A stretch of DNA of 64,000 bases from Octopus sinensis (taxonomy: Eukaryota): positions 98,022,001-98,086,000 of the forward strand of contig NC_042999.1 in NCBI RefSeq assembly GCF_006345805.1, given 5' to 3'. Position 1 is the stretch's first letter, and every line of letters begins with the position of its first letter. The notes below the pieces were generated by a model that had not been told where the DNA came from, did no database searches, and saw nothing but the letters and a program-made list of their open reading frames with translations. This document shows positions 12,635-26,690 of this stretch, one piece after another. The position numbers and the translations under genes are program-made.

Positions 12635-15060
12635 TGTTGTGGGGATAATAGTAATAATGGTAACCCCCTCCTACGTGACGAGTGGTATGTATTAGCCGCT
12701 ATAAATAAAGGGACGTTGGTCAGTATAGAGAGTGTACGTAGTAGACGGTGAAAGTTTGTCGTGGTCTTATTTGTCTTACTAACTATATTGCTATACCAGA
12801 GTGGGCATTATAACAATCCAGCATTAAGGATTACAACAGTGACGACGAGGAATTAACAAACTCATGAGGAATTAACAAACCCACAAAAGTCTTTTTGTGC
12901 GAATTTTACGGAAAAAAAAAATTATGGAAAATTTGTTGACCGGTTTTCTCGAGTTGCAAAAGCAGCAACAACTGCAATTGAAAGAACAACAGCAACAGCT
13001 GCACCTGCAAGAACAACAACAGAAGCAACAACAGCAGCAGCAACAACAACAGTGACAGCTACAACTGCAAAACATCAGCGGAAGCAATTAAAACAATTAT
13101 TATCACAGCAACAAATGCTGCAACTAATGAAGAGTAAGTCGTCAGGAAATAATGACAAAATGTTCTCGCCAGATTATGCTGCGAACTTGATTACAAAGTT
13201 TAAATACAAACCAGACGAAGGGGTTATCTTTGAGGCTTACTATAGAAGATACGAACAAATCTTCAATAAAGAGTGCAAAGATTGGGACTGCGATATGAAA
13301 ATACGTTTAATCTTAAGAAAATTGGCAGTAGGAGAACATGAGCGACACAGCAATTACCTACTCCCGAAAATACCTTTTGACATAAACTTTAAAGATACAA
13401 TAGACATAGAGTAAAATTTTCAGCGAGAAAATCTCGTTATTCAATACACGTTGGAAATGTTTGAACCTAGAAAAGAACAACGAGGTGGACTACATCACAT
13501 ATGCTGGTAGAGTTAACAGGGAATGTGAAAAGTTCAAGCTGGACGAATTAACACCAGATATTTTCAAGTGCCTGATATTTACTCAGGGACTAACTGCAGA
13601 AAATGACGCAGAAGTAAGAACAAGAATTCTCGCTAAGCTGAAACAAGATCAAGCTGTAACTCTACAACAAGTATCAGAAGAGTGTGAAAGAATAATAAAT
13701 TTAAGACACGACACAGAGAAAATTGAACATAAAGATGGCTCCCAAGTGAAACAAGTGCAAAATAGGCAGAATAGAAATCGAGTGTGTACTAAAAAACAGT
13801 ACAAAGAGGACAAAAATCAGGATACAAACCACTGTTTTGCATGTGGAGGTCGACATCTGAGGAAAAATTCCATTTAAGAAAGCAGAATGCTTCCGTTGTA
13901 GAAAAATTGGACGCGTAAAAGCGCACTGTAAAACCAAGATCATAAAACGTTAGAACAAAAGAAAAAGAATAAACAAGATGTCGTCAAAAGAAAATGGTAA
14001 TATAACAGAGGAAATCTGTAAATGTGAAAATTAAAAATAGAAGAGTAAAAATGCAGTTAGACACTGGAAGGGATATTACCATTGTGAATGGTAAGCCGAA
14101 ACTAATTAAATCTACAAAAGTCACAGTAAAACAAACGATTGTACTTTGTCGGTGAATTTATGTGTAATGTAACATTTCGTGACCAAATGAAAGCGACAAA
14201 AATATATGTACTAAAAAATTCAGTTAATCTATTCGGCACAGAGTGGACGGAACTATTCAAATTATGGATTACGCCCATAATGTTTTGAGTGGGAATATAG
14301 TCGATTCAGTCGAACGTTCGAATGAGGTTGAGGGACTGAAACAAAAAATAAAACATTTATTTCCAGATGTTTTCTCAGAGGAACCGGGTTGCTGCACGAA
14401 AACAAAAGCAAAAATTGCTGTAAAATAAAGTGCAACACCTGTATTTAAGCTAAAACGGAATGTATCGTTTGCGGCAAAATTATCCACGGTAAAAAGTGAA
14501 CCTTGGTCAGAAGTAGATATTCTGTGGTCGAGACTACACATTGATTTCGCTGGTTCATACTACTTAATGGTAGTTGATAGGTTCTCTAAATGGCCAGAAA
14601 TCTGTAAGTGTTAAAAAACCAGCCTCCTCAACTGTGACAAATTTTTTACCGGAACTGTTTGCGAGATTTGGCATCCCAGACGTAATAATGTCTGACAATG
14701 GAACGCAATTTGTGTCTTTTGATTTTAAAACGTTCTGTAAAACGTTCGAAGTAGAACATGTACTCTGGAACCATATCATCCCAGATCTAACGGATAAGCA
14801 TAACGCTGTGTCGATACGTTCAAGAGAGCCCTAAGTTGAATAAGGAAGTCACGAATGAGGTAGTTCTACAACAATTCTAAAGAGTATACCGTGTGACACC
14901 AAATCTAAATATACCAGCGGAGCTGATCTTTGTGAGGAAAATAAAATCGGTCTTCGACAAATTATTACCTGGTAAGAAAAGAAAAACTGCAATGGAGAAT
15001 ACAGCAAGATTTTTCAAAATTGGTGAAAAGGTATTTGTGAGGGCATATAAAAACGGAAAA
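12635..15060 (+). mobile_element. Ty3/Gypsy LTR retrotransposon, internally deleted (5' LTR, gag, protease, integrase)
   Basis: LTR TGTTG...CAACA at 12635-12838 followed by PBS-like GTGACGACGAGG; gag with poly-Q and CCHC remnant; QLDTG protease; WSRLHIDFAG and SDNGTQF integrase; RT/RNase H absent. Confidence 0.88.
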
Positions 15061-15163
15061 CAGTGTTTTGCTCAAGAACACAACGCGTCACCCGGTCTAG
15101 GAATCGAAACCACAATCTTATGATCATGAGTCCAGCACACTAACCACTAAGCTACGCGCCTCA
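15060..15163 (-). mobile_element. tRNA-derived SINE head truncating the Gypsy element
   Basis: Reverse complement GGCGCGTAGCTTAGTGG...GTTTCGATTCC (A and B boxes) then TGTGTTCTTGAGCAAAACAC. Confidence 0.8.
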
Positions 15164-15399
15164 ACAAACCTATAGCATGCTTGAATGTGATGCATATAAC
15201 ATAGGTTGCTTAATTATATTTCCCAAGATTATTGCGTAATACAAAATGTAGTAACTGATGAGAAGGTGTGTAGAAAGAAAGGAGTCTAGGGCTGTGCTGA
15301 AAAACTCCTTATCTACAAAGCTGTCTATAAGGAAGCGAAACAGCAGCGCAGAAAACTGTCCCATCTGATATAATCGACCCCATTAAGAGACTGATGACA

Positions 15400-16500
15400 A
15401 CATGATCTTCAGAGCTCTTGGTAAGAACAGAATCAGGCTTTCAACAGAAATATTTCAAGGTGACAGCTTATCTGTAACGCTTCTCGTCCAGTAGTTAACC
15501 TATTGTTAACCTTATTAAAAGAAATGCAGATGCTACATGAGAAGGTCAGCGGAGAGAGATGAATTACTCTTCCCCACATCCTTTTTGTTGACGCCTTTAA
15601 CCTATATACTAGTAATATTCACTGCACCAAGAGGCAGTTTTCACGGGACAGAGAAATAAGTTTCGTCAGGACAAGTGTTCATACATGGTAGTCAAACGAC
15701 TAGTAACATCCACATCAACAGGGATACTGTCAGGGTCTATGCTAAACGGCAGGACGGAAGCAATAAAATCAGTTTAAATGACCTTCGAGTGTTGCATCAT
15801 GTCACATAGAGAACGCCTACTGCACACTGCACAACAAATGAGTACAAAACGTGAGTACTCCTCAGCGAAGATAATAAACAGATTAAACACTTGAGGAGAT
15901 AATTTGAGTGTACAACTGTTCCATATGAACCAAGCGCAGTTGGACTAGGAGGACTCCTTACACCTGTAGCAGCGTCCATGTGATAGGGAATGAGTCTCTC
16001 ATGACCTGGTTAACTCTTACTTTGTGGGAAACTAAATATGCTCAGTTCCGTGTAGGTGCAATAAGTAAAGGTACATATCTTGCAAACTAGGGAATAATAG
16101 CATTGACAGGAATAATAGCTTCTTCTGGACTTGGTATAAATACAACATACTTCACTTTGAAGTCTATGCGTTAGCTATCCAAAACAAGAGACAACTACTA
16201 AATACCTGGTCAACAAGAGAGATGAGGATGCCTCTATGTCTCCACTGTGTGACAGTAACAGTTGATTGTGCTATACCAGTGTGGAAGGTATCACGAAAGC
16301 ATCAGCATCTGTTCAAAATTGTCAGCAAGACACTACCTTTCCTGAGGTTCGAGATTGTCATCTACAATGCTATACGCAAAAAAGAAGTCCAGACAGTCAC
16401 TACAAATGCACACCAGAAGTAGAATGTATCCACTCTTTTACAAATGAAGACTACTAGTGGAATAAGAATATCTTAAATACCTTAGATCCCCGAAAGGGAA
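15400..16500 (+). mobile_element. R4/Dong-like LINE remnant (RT and zinc-knuckle region)
   Basis: IFQGDSLSV and HILFVD (RT motifs); 16150-16480 resembles 19300-19600. Confidence 0.6.
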
Positions 16501-16688
16501 TCTCCATTTAAGGTATCTGGGCGAACACCTGCACACAATCATGTATGCATATGAAATAAACTTACACACGCACACATAAAAGAGTAACGAAGTACACACA
16601 TTACTGGACTAAACTGACAAAGTTCAAATTTATCCATATGCACACACACACATGCACGCGCGCACACACACACACACATGCACGCGCA

Positions 16689-16763
<75 letters not shown>

Positions 16764-16769
16764 CATCAA

Positions 16770-16965
16770 AGCGGCGAGCAGACAGAATTGTTAGCACGCC
16801 GGGAAAATGTTTAGCGGTATTTCGCTAGTTATAATGCGCTGGATTCAAATGACGCCGGGGTCAACTTCGCCTTTCCTCCTTTCGGAATCGATGAAATAAA
16901 CACCAGTTGAGCACTGGGGGCGGTAATAATTGACTTATCTCCTCCCTCGAAATTGCTGGTCTTAT
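16770..16965 (+). mobile_element. tRNA-derived SINE
   Basis: Homologous to 1885-2098. Confidence 0.8.
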
Positions 16966-17796
16966 ACACATACAGACTTCATACATATTGTCATTGACCA
17001 CGTTGCACTTTGTTGGACGAAAATTTTAACACCAAATAACAAATAATACATGTTTAAGTGAAGTTAACAATTTGTATGCACTTTTGAATGGTTGTTAAGC
17101 GTCTTCCACGCTGCAATCGTTACATGCATATATATATATATATATATCTTAAAAAATTATACACACTAGTTGAAATCAGTCATCCAGCAGATGTTAACAT
17201 GGTGTTAAAGATTAGTTAAAAAAAGGAAACATCTATGTCGAACTAAGGAAATCTACAATTACTCAGTACTGTCAATAGTTTTCGATTATCATCAATGATT
17301 AACAGAACACTTGGATATGCGTGACAAACTTTCTCATTACCAATATTCAGTAACTACACGGCTCAATCGAAACATTACAGCCAAAAGCTATTTAAAGCAA
17401 TGTCAAAATGTGTAAATTATTCAATAAGGTTAGCGTTTAATGAGATCCACATATGCAGTGACATCCAAGTCTGCAAGCACGTGTACAAGTACACATTACA
17501 TGTGTGTGAATGTGTGCGTGTGATTGTGTGTGTGTGTGTGTACGTGTATGCGTGTATGTGCATGCATGTATATACGTGTGTGAGTGTGTGCATACATATC
17601 TGCATGCATACGTATGCAGACTCAGCCATCCGTCTATCTATCCGTCCATCCATCCATCCATCAATCCATCCATCTTTTCGTTAACATGACCACCCATTCT
17701 TCCAGTGAGCCAGTTAACCAGTCATACATACATATCAAATTTAGAGCCATTTGATGAATATACATATATATATATATATATGTATACAGTATATAA

Positions 17797-18090
17797 GGTG
17801 GCGAGCTGGTAGAAGCCTTAGCACGCTGGGCGAAATGAATGAATGAATGAATGAATGAATGAATGGACGGATGGATGGATGGATGGATGGACGGACGGAT
17901 AGCTGAGTCTGCATTTTGTCTGCCGCTACGTTCTGAGTTCAAATTCCGCCGAGGTCAACTTTGCCTTTCATCCTTTCGGGGTCGATTAAATAAGTACCAG
18001 TTACGCACTGGGGTCGATATAATCGACTTAATCCGTTTGTCTGTCCTTGTTTGTCCTTTCTGTGTTTAGCCCATTGTGGGTAGTAAAGAA
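17797..18090 (+). mobile_element. tRNA-derived SINE interrupted by (GAAT)n(GGAT)n insertion
   Basis: Head GGTGGCGAGCTGGTAGAA and B box GAGTTCAAATTCC separated by a microsatellite insert. Confidence 0.8.
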
Positions 18091-18092
18091 AT

Positions 18093-18125
<33 letters not shown>

Positions 18126-18289
18126 CACTGTATATAAATGAAGCTAAAGATGAAAAGCGCCTGAAAACAAAACAAAGTTTTACATATTCAAATGATCATT
18201 ATACATAATTTATATGTCCACGTGATATGAAATTTTGGCTTCGGAAATTAGGACAAAATTAGCATAGTTCAATCAGTCATGCACCTTAG

Positions 18290-18512
18290 GACTCACAGAG
18301 CCGGAATTTTACTCGGTTTCTTTGGCGCTTAAGTGAACGAAACCCCGGCCCATCATAGGTTTAACTTCTGGCTACTGTTGGACCTGGCTTATAAATGGCT
18401 GGACTGGAACAACGTGAATTGAAGTGATTTGCTGAAAAACACAACACACTGTCCGGGAATTGAAACTCCGATCATACGATCGTGCGTGTAATACACTAAC
18501 CATTAGGCCATG
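18290..18512 (-). mobile_element. tRNA-derived SINE (family of 58795-59115)
   Basis: Reverse complement TGGCCTAATGGTTAG...GTTTCAATTCC...TTCACGTTGTTCCAGTCCA. Confidence 0.7.
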
Positions 18513-18901
18513 AACCATCAGCGTTTGTATAGTATTTGCAGTCAAACTAAACATAAATTGGTTTTCTGTTTTGGTTGCTTCAGAGTATCTGCGACTTTTT
18601 TGTTTATCAATGTGTATTCCACCAGCAAAATTCTGTTACTATTGTTTTTGTCGCCTCTGAAGACATCAGATGTAGTTTTTATTTTTATGGACCGTTGAGT
18701 ACATGAAATATGAATTTCATGGTCAGAGGAGACAGGAATAGATTATATATATTTATATCTTTATTTAAAAGTACAGGACATGATTAAATTTTCAAGTGAT
18801 TCTAAAATCTGTCTTTCATTTGAACCCTTAACTAAGCGCTATTCACAAAAGAAGATATCTGTTTATCTTTCTGTCTCACTTTCCTTCTCCGTCTCTCTCT
18901 T

Positions 18902-19000
<99 letters not shown>

Positions 19001-19069
19001 ATAATATATGTATTTATACATGCATATATACATAAATACATAGAGTATTATCTCTTTTACTATACGCAC

Positions 19070-19260
19070 AAGCCATGAAATTGTCGGGGAGGGGGCTCGT
19101 GAATTTCATCGACTCCAGTGCTAAACTTTCTTCCTTTTGATCTTGAAAGGAAGAAAGGCAAAATCGACTGCGGTGGTATTAGAGCTCAGACAATTAAGAC
19201 GAGCAAAATGCCACTAAGTATTTTGCCCTACGTGCTAACCATTCTGCCAACTGGTCGCTT
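19070..19260 (-). mobile_element. tRNA-derived SINE (diverged)
   Basis: Reverse-complement similarity to 1885-2098. Confidence 0.7.
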
Positions 19261-19289
19261 TATATACATAGAGTAATAACGTCATGAGA

Positions 19290-19990
19290 GGTTGCATCAC
19301 ATCACACTGCGAAGGCTATTCATCCAAGAACCAGAAATTGCTACAAAATACATAATAAGCAAAAGAGACAGCAAAGTCCTTGGGGCCCTAAGATCCAACT
19401 GACAATGTCGATTATGTCACATCGCAAAAGTGATCAGCTGTTACTAAAAAATGTCATTAAGGTACTACCTCCCACGATGCTTTCGCTAAAACAATATGCA
19501 ATGGATAAGAGATACTGTTCTGGGATAAAAAATAGTGAGCCCTCAGTTATTGAATGCATACATGAACATCAACACAAGAAATATTGGTGGATCAGTCCCA
19601 TCAAAATTTCTATCAAGTGCATACATAATAGGTTAGATACCGTTGTCTGGGACAGACAAGAAAAAGTATGTACCGTCATAGACGTCCCCTGTCCTGCAGA
19701 TGAGACTATCTCTTCGAAAATTAAAGAAAAAGTGGATAAATACTGACAAGCGCTTTGAAACGTCCAGCTTCTATATTAAGGTTATTGATTCACATTTATA
19801 TCAATAATATTAATAATTGTTACACTTTGTTTTGTGAGTAAATGTCTAAGTGGCAATCTGGATAGCTAGGCTTTTCAGAAAAAAGACGGTAACCAGTTAA
19901 CACGCACATTAGAAATACCACATGTAAGCGGAACAGTAAAAGTTCAAAACGTGAGATTATTTTCGTTATCTACGTCCCAGCGATGAAGTT
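19290..19990 (+). mobile_element. R4/Dong-like LINE 3' region (zinc knuckle + restriction-like endonuclease)
   Basis: ORF 19405-19746 HNRLDTVVWDRQEKVCTVIDVPCP...EKVDKY matches the RLE PD..D..K pattern; CRLC upstream. Confidence 0.75.
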
Positions 19991-20254
19991 TTATATCTTT
20001 GTTAGAAACCAGCTCCTTCACAACTGGAAGGCATCAAATAATATAAAAAAACAGAACACACACACACACACACATACACACATGTCTACATGCGCATGTA
20101 TGTATATATACCTAAATAGATGTTCACTCACATGCTTGCTGTGAAAAATGTGTATAAGCATGTAAGGAGACGCCATAAATAACTTTCGTGGTGAGGAGAA
20201 TATAAGGAAACAAAAAAAGGAGGGAGTGAAAACTGAGGGTGAAGAATTTCCAGA

Positions 20255-20297
<43 letters not shown>

Positions 20298-20889
20298 GGA
20301 AGAGAGAGAGGACGAGAGATAGGAAGAGAGAGAAGGAGGGGGAGAAAGAAGTGGAGGAATAGTTAGAAATAGGTTGAAAGTGTGAGAAATGAAAAAAGGA
20401 AAATGACGGAATAAGGTTGGCAGAGAATGATTGTAAAAGTGTACGAGTGGGAGATGGAGAAAGAGAGGAGATTAAAAGAAAGGACTGAGTAAGGGCAGAG
20501 GAGAACATGAAAGAGCGAGAAGGAGAAATAGAGAGATAGAAAGAGGTGAAATTTAACTGGACGATGGGAGTGGAGAGAGAGAGAGAGAGAAGGAGATGAT
20601 GAGGGAGAGAGGATGAGAGAGAGAAGAGAGACAGAGAGAAAGTAAGAGAATAGTGAGAGAAGGTTGAGAGGATGGAGTAGAAGTAAAAGAAACTCATAGA
20701 CACAAGGCATAGACACGAGAAGAGGGAGTATATGTATGTGTGTTGCGTGTTGTTGTATGTTTGTGTGTATGTGTGTGTGTGTGTGTGTGTGTGACAAATG
20801 ACGACAGAAAAGCAGGGGAGGAATAAGGAAAGAAAAAAATAGATAAATACTTAACCTAAGTGGAGTAAGTACACTGTTAGATATTAGCA

Positions 20890-21002
20890 GAGAAAGAAAG
20901 AGAGAGAGAGAGAGAAAAGGAGAGACAGAAAAAAGAGAGAGAGAAAAAAAGAGAGAGAGAGAGAAAAAGAGAGAGAGAGAAAGAGAGAGAGAGAAAAAGA
21001 GA

Positions 21003-21036
<34 letters not shown>

Positions 21037-21130
21037 AAGAAAGAGAGAGAAAGAGAGAGAGAGAAAGAGAGAGAGAAAAAGAGAGAGAGAGAAAGAGAGA
21101 GATAGAGAGAGAGAGAAAAAGAGAGAGAGT
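20890..21130. repeat. (GA)n-rich microsatellite block
   Basis: Direct inspection. Confidence 0.95.
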
Positions 21131-21456
21131 GTGTGTGCATGAGAAAGAGAGGTGGGAGGGAAAATAATAAAAAAATCAGCAAATGGCGATGGAAATGGAG
21201 AGAAGCAAGGATAAGGTGTGGGCAAAGATAGATTAATTAGGATGAAATCTGATTCTAATCTGATACTGTGATCATTGATTGGCAGATCTTCCAACAGAAA
21301 TTGCTACCGTTCATTTCCCATCAGGCATTGCGTCTAATGACCTCAACAGAAATGGAAGGAATAAAGCAAATGGCGCTGTGAAAACGGAAGTCAGCGGTGA
21401 CTGAAAATTTATAGCAACTCCCTCTGTGAAATTCGATATTTGTACAGACAGCCATG

Positions 21457-21525
<69 letters not shown>

Positions 21526-21734
21526 CTAACTTGCATGTGTAGAAAGCGTGCATATATGCACAAACATATAAGCATTGATTTATGTGCATGCTGATAAACT
21601 ATGTTCTTATGCATTTGTGTAACTGTGTGAATGTGTGAATGCGTAAATCTGTTGTGAATGGGTGCACGCATTCGTATAGATGTGCACATATGCCTTCAAA
21701 ACATTAAAAAATTACTGATATGTCGAACCCTATA

Positions 21735-22035
21735 CAGGCACACCTCAAATTACGTCAGTAATAAGACGTTCGACTCAAATCGGATAACGACGTAACACGA
21801 AAAACATTAAAAAATGATTTAACTCTTATCTTTTTTTAATAAACCGTTTGTATATATTTTCACATGTATTTTATTTGATTTCCCACTTTAAGTATTGGCT
21901 TTTAGGTGTTTTCTTTTATGGTTTTAAATATACTCACTGAGACCTAGGTACTGTTGAATAAATCGACTGATATAAAAGAACGGCGTAAAGTCGAACTAGA
22001 CGTAACTCAGTACGACATAAGATGAGGTATGCTTG
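21735..22035. mobile_element. Tigger-like MITE
   Basis: TIRs CAGGCACACCTCA ... TGAGGTATGCTTG flanked by TA on both sides. Confidence 0.8.
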
Positions 22036-22144
22036 TATTTAGCTTATTTTATGTCTTATTTAATTCTTTGAAATCACGTGAGAAGAAATTTCCAAGAAAG
22101 ACTGTTTCATGGTCGAAATTTATATAACAATTATAATAAAGGAT

Positions 22145-22495
22145 CATATCTTTTATCTTCTGTTTAATTCAGTTGTTGCACTGTGGTCATGCTGGGGCAC
22201 AGTCTTGACAGGTTTTAGACGACCGAATCGATCTCAGTACATATACGGTTTTAAGCCTGGAACTTATTCTATCGATAACCGCTAAGTTACAGGAACGTTA
22301 ATAATCCTACACCGGTTGTCAAGTGGTGAAGATAAGAAACAAACACAAGCACAAATACACAGACACATTGATAAACACATACACATGACAGGTTTCTTTC
22401 AGTAGAAGATACTTGCGTAAGTTGTCACGCAGTGGGACTGAACCAGGAATCATGTGGTTGGGAAACAAACTTCTTACCACACAGCCACGCGTGCG
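22145..22495 (-). mobile_element. tRNA-derived SINE (GCGTGGCTGTGTGGTAAG family)
   Basis: Reverse-complement head GCGTGGCTGTGTGGTAAGAAG...GGTTCAGTCCC; homologous to 40125-40501. Confidence 0.8.
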
Positions 22496-22619
22496 CATGT
22501 AACGATGTCTGGTCTATTTATTGAATTACAGAATCCGTGTAAAATATATTGACTCTTAGCTTTCATAGATTAATTAATTAAGCGCTTATTAACATAAATA
22601 TGTTTGACTATAATACTCT

Positions 22620-22762
22620 CTCTCTTTTACTCTTTTACTTGTTTCAGTCATTTGACTGCGGCCATGCTGAAGCACCGCCTTTAGTCGAGCAAATCGACCC
22701 CGGGACTTATTCTTTGTAAGCCCAGTACTTATTCTATCGGTCTCTTTTGCCGAACCGCTAAT
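22620..22762 (-). mobile_element. SINE 3' fragment
   Basis: GTTTCAGTCATTTGACTGCGGCCATGCTG shared with the 40125 and 25825 copies. Confidence 0.75.
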
Positions 22763-23377
22763 AATGGAGAAAAATTAAAATTTATAATCTAGCAAGAGGC
22801 TGTAGTTTACGAACCAGTTCTCTAGTAGAGTCCTCTTTGTTAACTATATATGAACGATATTTTCACATCCGGTGGGCGGCTGAACGACACAATATGATGT
22901 AGTTATCACTTTCTGTTGTAAATGACTATATAAAGCTTTTGCATTCACATATGTATTAATTGGAATGTCCTAACAATAATTCTCGTGTTAAAAGGATTGC
23001 ATGTAATCAAAGCCACAGCTACTGTTGTATCTAGTGAGAAATTGTTTCTTATGGATAGCATTGTATATCACTATAACATACATACTTATATGTATGCATA
23101 TGTGGATTGTGGAATGGATGGATATACGGAGTTGCGAAGCCGTATCTACACATGCGCAGCTCTTTCTGCGCGTATACAACTACATCCTACAGTGTATGTA
23201 TGTATGTATGTATGTATGCATGTATGTATGTATGTATGTATGTATGTATGTATGTATGTATGTATGTTTATGTGTGTATGTATGTATGTATGCATGCATG
23301 CATACATGTATGTATATAGGTACGTAGTACATTATGCATATGTATATCAATTGTGTGTGTATATTAAGCACACACAT

Positions 23378-23441
<64 letters not shown>

Positions 23442-24213
23442 TCCATGTTTCATGCTTAATATCTACACGCTATCGATATCGATAAGTCTGTTACTGACGT
23501 ATTTGTCTTGAGATAATATCTTGCTGTGTTAAAAACAATAAATATCAGAGAGAGACGAAATTCCGTCACAAAGGCGACTAGCCTGAGCAACAGTTGCATT
23601 GTGGTATTTGGTGGCTTTTTCAATGATACCTACTCACAGCTAACCCATGTTCGGTCGAGAATTCGTCCTCTCTGATATGAACTCTCGGAGCAAATAATAC
23701 AGTAACTGGCCTATCGACAAAGTATATATATATATATTAAGCATGACATATAGAAGTCTATTTTGATTAAATACTTAGTTGAATATACCGGATTTTTCAT
23801 CAGCTTGGTGGCTATTCGCATCTTAATACTTCTATACCAGAGACGACAAATTCTCGTACGAGCTAGGATCTGTCTGCGAGTACGCAAAAGGCCCAAAGAG
23901 TACGAAATTTATCTGGTGCTCTCGTTGACCATGCTGAGACGAATCATCGTCTCACATTGATATTCATTTAAAAAATAGAAGTCAAAGAATATCATTGATA
24001 TTTCGAGATTTCATTCCCTATAGCCGTTCCATGTGTGTGTGTACACTTACATACATACATACACACACACACACACATATATACAGATACATATATGTCT
24101 TTGTGTGTGTGTGTGTGTGTGTATGTATTTCTCTGTATATATATATATATATAGGTATGTATACAAATAGATATACATACATGCATATCTATAAATGCAT
24201 ATATCTCTATATG

Positions 24214-24286
<73 letters not shown>

Positions 24287-24691
24287 TTCAGCAATAAAAT
24301 ATAACCATTAGCAGTATTTTTCAAAAACTCGTTTCCAACCGTTGTTTCAATAACTCCTACACATCTTCATAATTATATAATTATTTAACGATGTCCTTGA
24401 AATATCTTTGAAAATACAATTCTCATGTTCTGCATAATCATGTTGTTAAATTATTACGTAATTAGATTGAGACGTAGGAGTTATTGAAACAACTTTAGGA
24501 AATGAATTTTTCAAATATGTTTGTGTGTGTGTTTGTGTGTATGTGTGCATGTGTAAGTGTGTGTGTGTGAGTATGTTGCTGTCAATTTTTCAAAATATAT
24601 TATATACGTATTCGTATACATACATACATACATACATACATACATACATACATACATACATACATACATACATACATACATACATACATAC

Positions 24692-24766
<75 letters not shown>

Positions 24767-24779
24767 TTCAGATGAATAT

Positions 24780-25460
24780 GGTACTTAAGTTTAGGCAAAA
24801 TCGCAGAAAACCTTGGGTTCTCGCTTTGTAATAGGGTGATTGTGCAATTCACTAGAGAATGGAAGGAGTTCACATCACCTTTCCGAGGTCGATCAGGTCC
24901 TCTGACAGAACCCTTTGCTTCGTTAAGTGATGTGTGGAGGATAATCCTCATTGCAAGGCCTCTGACATAGCAAAAAAGTTGATGTCAATCCCTGAACAGC
25001 TGTGAGGTATCTCTACAAACTTGGTTACTATGACAGAGCAGCAAGAAGGAAGCCACTTCCCCAACCTGCCAATATCAAGTGGAGAAAAGGTTGGACCAGT
25101 GAGATGAACGACCAGTGGGTGGTCACTAGCATTTTGGCATTGTGGAACACTATCATATTCTCTGATGAGTCCAGATTTGTTGTATTTTCTGACAGTGGTC
25201 GAGTGTGGGTCTGGAGACTGATGAAGAATTTGACATGAAAAGATTGCTGCCAACAATGAAACAAGGCAGCTATTCTGTAATGGTTTGAGGAGTGTGATGG
25301 AAACATAAACTCAGATAAATATGTGTCCATATTGCAGAAAAGACTCCTTCCAATCTTCTCCAGTGGTGAAATAATTGAAGAAGATACTTTATTTATGGAA
25401 GATAGGGCCCATCGTCACGGGGCTAAAAAGACCCAAGACTGGTTAGAAAAGAATGGATAG
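24780..25460 (+). pseudogene. Tc1-family transposase remnant
   Basis: [35 protein letters not shown] motifs with frameshifts. Confidence 0.85.
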
Positions 25461-25462
25461 GT

Positions 25463-25800
25463 AAAATTTGTCTGCTTCATTGTTTCTAGGGTTGTACGTT
25501 GATACCAATGGTAGTGTTTTGAGATGTGGTGTAGTGTTACGTTTTGTTTCCCTTAGTATTTTAAGGCCTAATTTCTTGGCACGCTTAATTCCATCGTCTA
25601 TAAGTAAGGGTGGATATTGTCCCTCAGTTAGTGTTGTTCTGAAGTCTTGAAGACGGAGTTCTTGAGTATTTCCATCAGACACTATTGTGCAAATCCTTTC
25701 TATCATATTAAAAAGGATATCCCTTTTTGATGTGTTTCGGGTACCATGAGCTAAACAGAAGATATCGTTTCGAGTGCGTTGGCTTATGATAAATGACAGT
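25463..25800 (-). pseudogene. Penelope-like RT C-terminal fragment
   Basis: YHKPTHSKRYLLFSS, ERICTIVSD, QYPPLLID, LPLVSTYNP. Confidence 0.8.
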
Positions 25801-25824
25801 TACGTAACTGACATTCATTATAAG

Positions 25825-26005
25825 CCAGTTTCATTTATTTGACTGCGGCCATGCTGGAGCACCACTTTGAAGGGGTTTGGTAAAACAAATCGACCCCAGG
25901 CCCCTTTTTAAAGCCTGGTACTTATTCTATAGGTTTCTCTGCTAAGTTACGGGGGCGTAAATACACCAACACCGATTGTTAAGCGGTGTTGGGGGACAAA
26001 CACAT
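25825..26005 (-). mobile_element. SINE 3' portion
   Basis: Homologous to 40125-40320. Confidence 0.75.
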
Positions 26006-26070
26006 ATACGAACACACATACATACGCACACACAAAAACACACATATATGTATACACACATACATATATA

Positions 26071-26165
26071 TCTTTCTTTCCTTCTCTGGGCGACTTATTA
26101 ATACTTTGCATGTACCATGTCCACGCGTTGTTGTTTTTCTCTTGCCTTTTTTCTCTGTTTTTTAT

Positions 26166-26166
<1 letters not shown>
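26071..26166 (+). repeat. Truncated 3' tail related to the element at 50261-50460
   Basis: Reverse-complement similarity to 50261-50350 (ACAACAACGCG...CATGG...AGTATT...AAGGAAAGAA); ends in (TA)n. Confidence 0.6.
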
Positions 26167-26225
<59 letters not shown>

Positions 26226-26232
26226 CATATAC

Positions 26233-26302
<70 letters not shown>

Positions 26303-26473
26303 GTATGTATATATAAACATATATTTATCTCTATCTGTCTATTTATCTATCGAGCTAGCCATCATCCATTCATCTATGTATTTATGTGTATATATATGCA
26401 TATATATATATACATACATATACACATACATACTAATATATACATTCATATATATATATATATATATATATAT

Positions 26474-26690
26474 TACGGAGATGTACTCGCATAGCAAGTA
26501 ATTTGATCTGAGATCGTGTGCTGAAACGAAAACAATTGCAGCGTGGAAGGTGTTTATAAGCCATTTAAGAAACACACAAAAGCCGTTCGATTCACTCCAA
26601 CATTTAAGTTTAATTTAAATGTTGGAGTGAATCGAACGGCTTTTGTTTGTTTCTAAATGGCTTATAACACCTTCCACGCTGCAATTGTTT

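Noticed and set aside
23790-23940. CTGATGA on the minus strand at ~23797
   Set aside because: No GAAA strand or matching stem I/III partners found in either canonical or permuted order.
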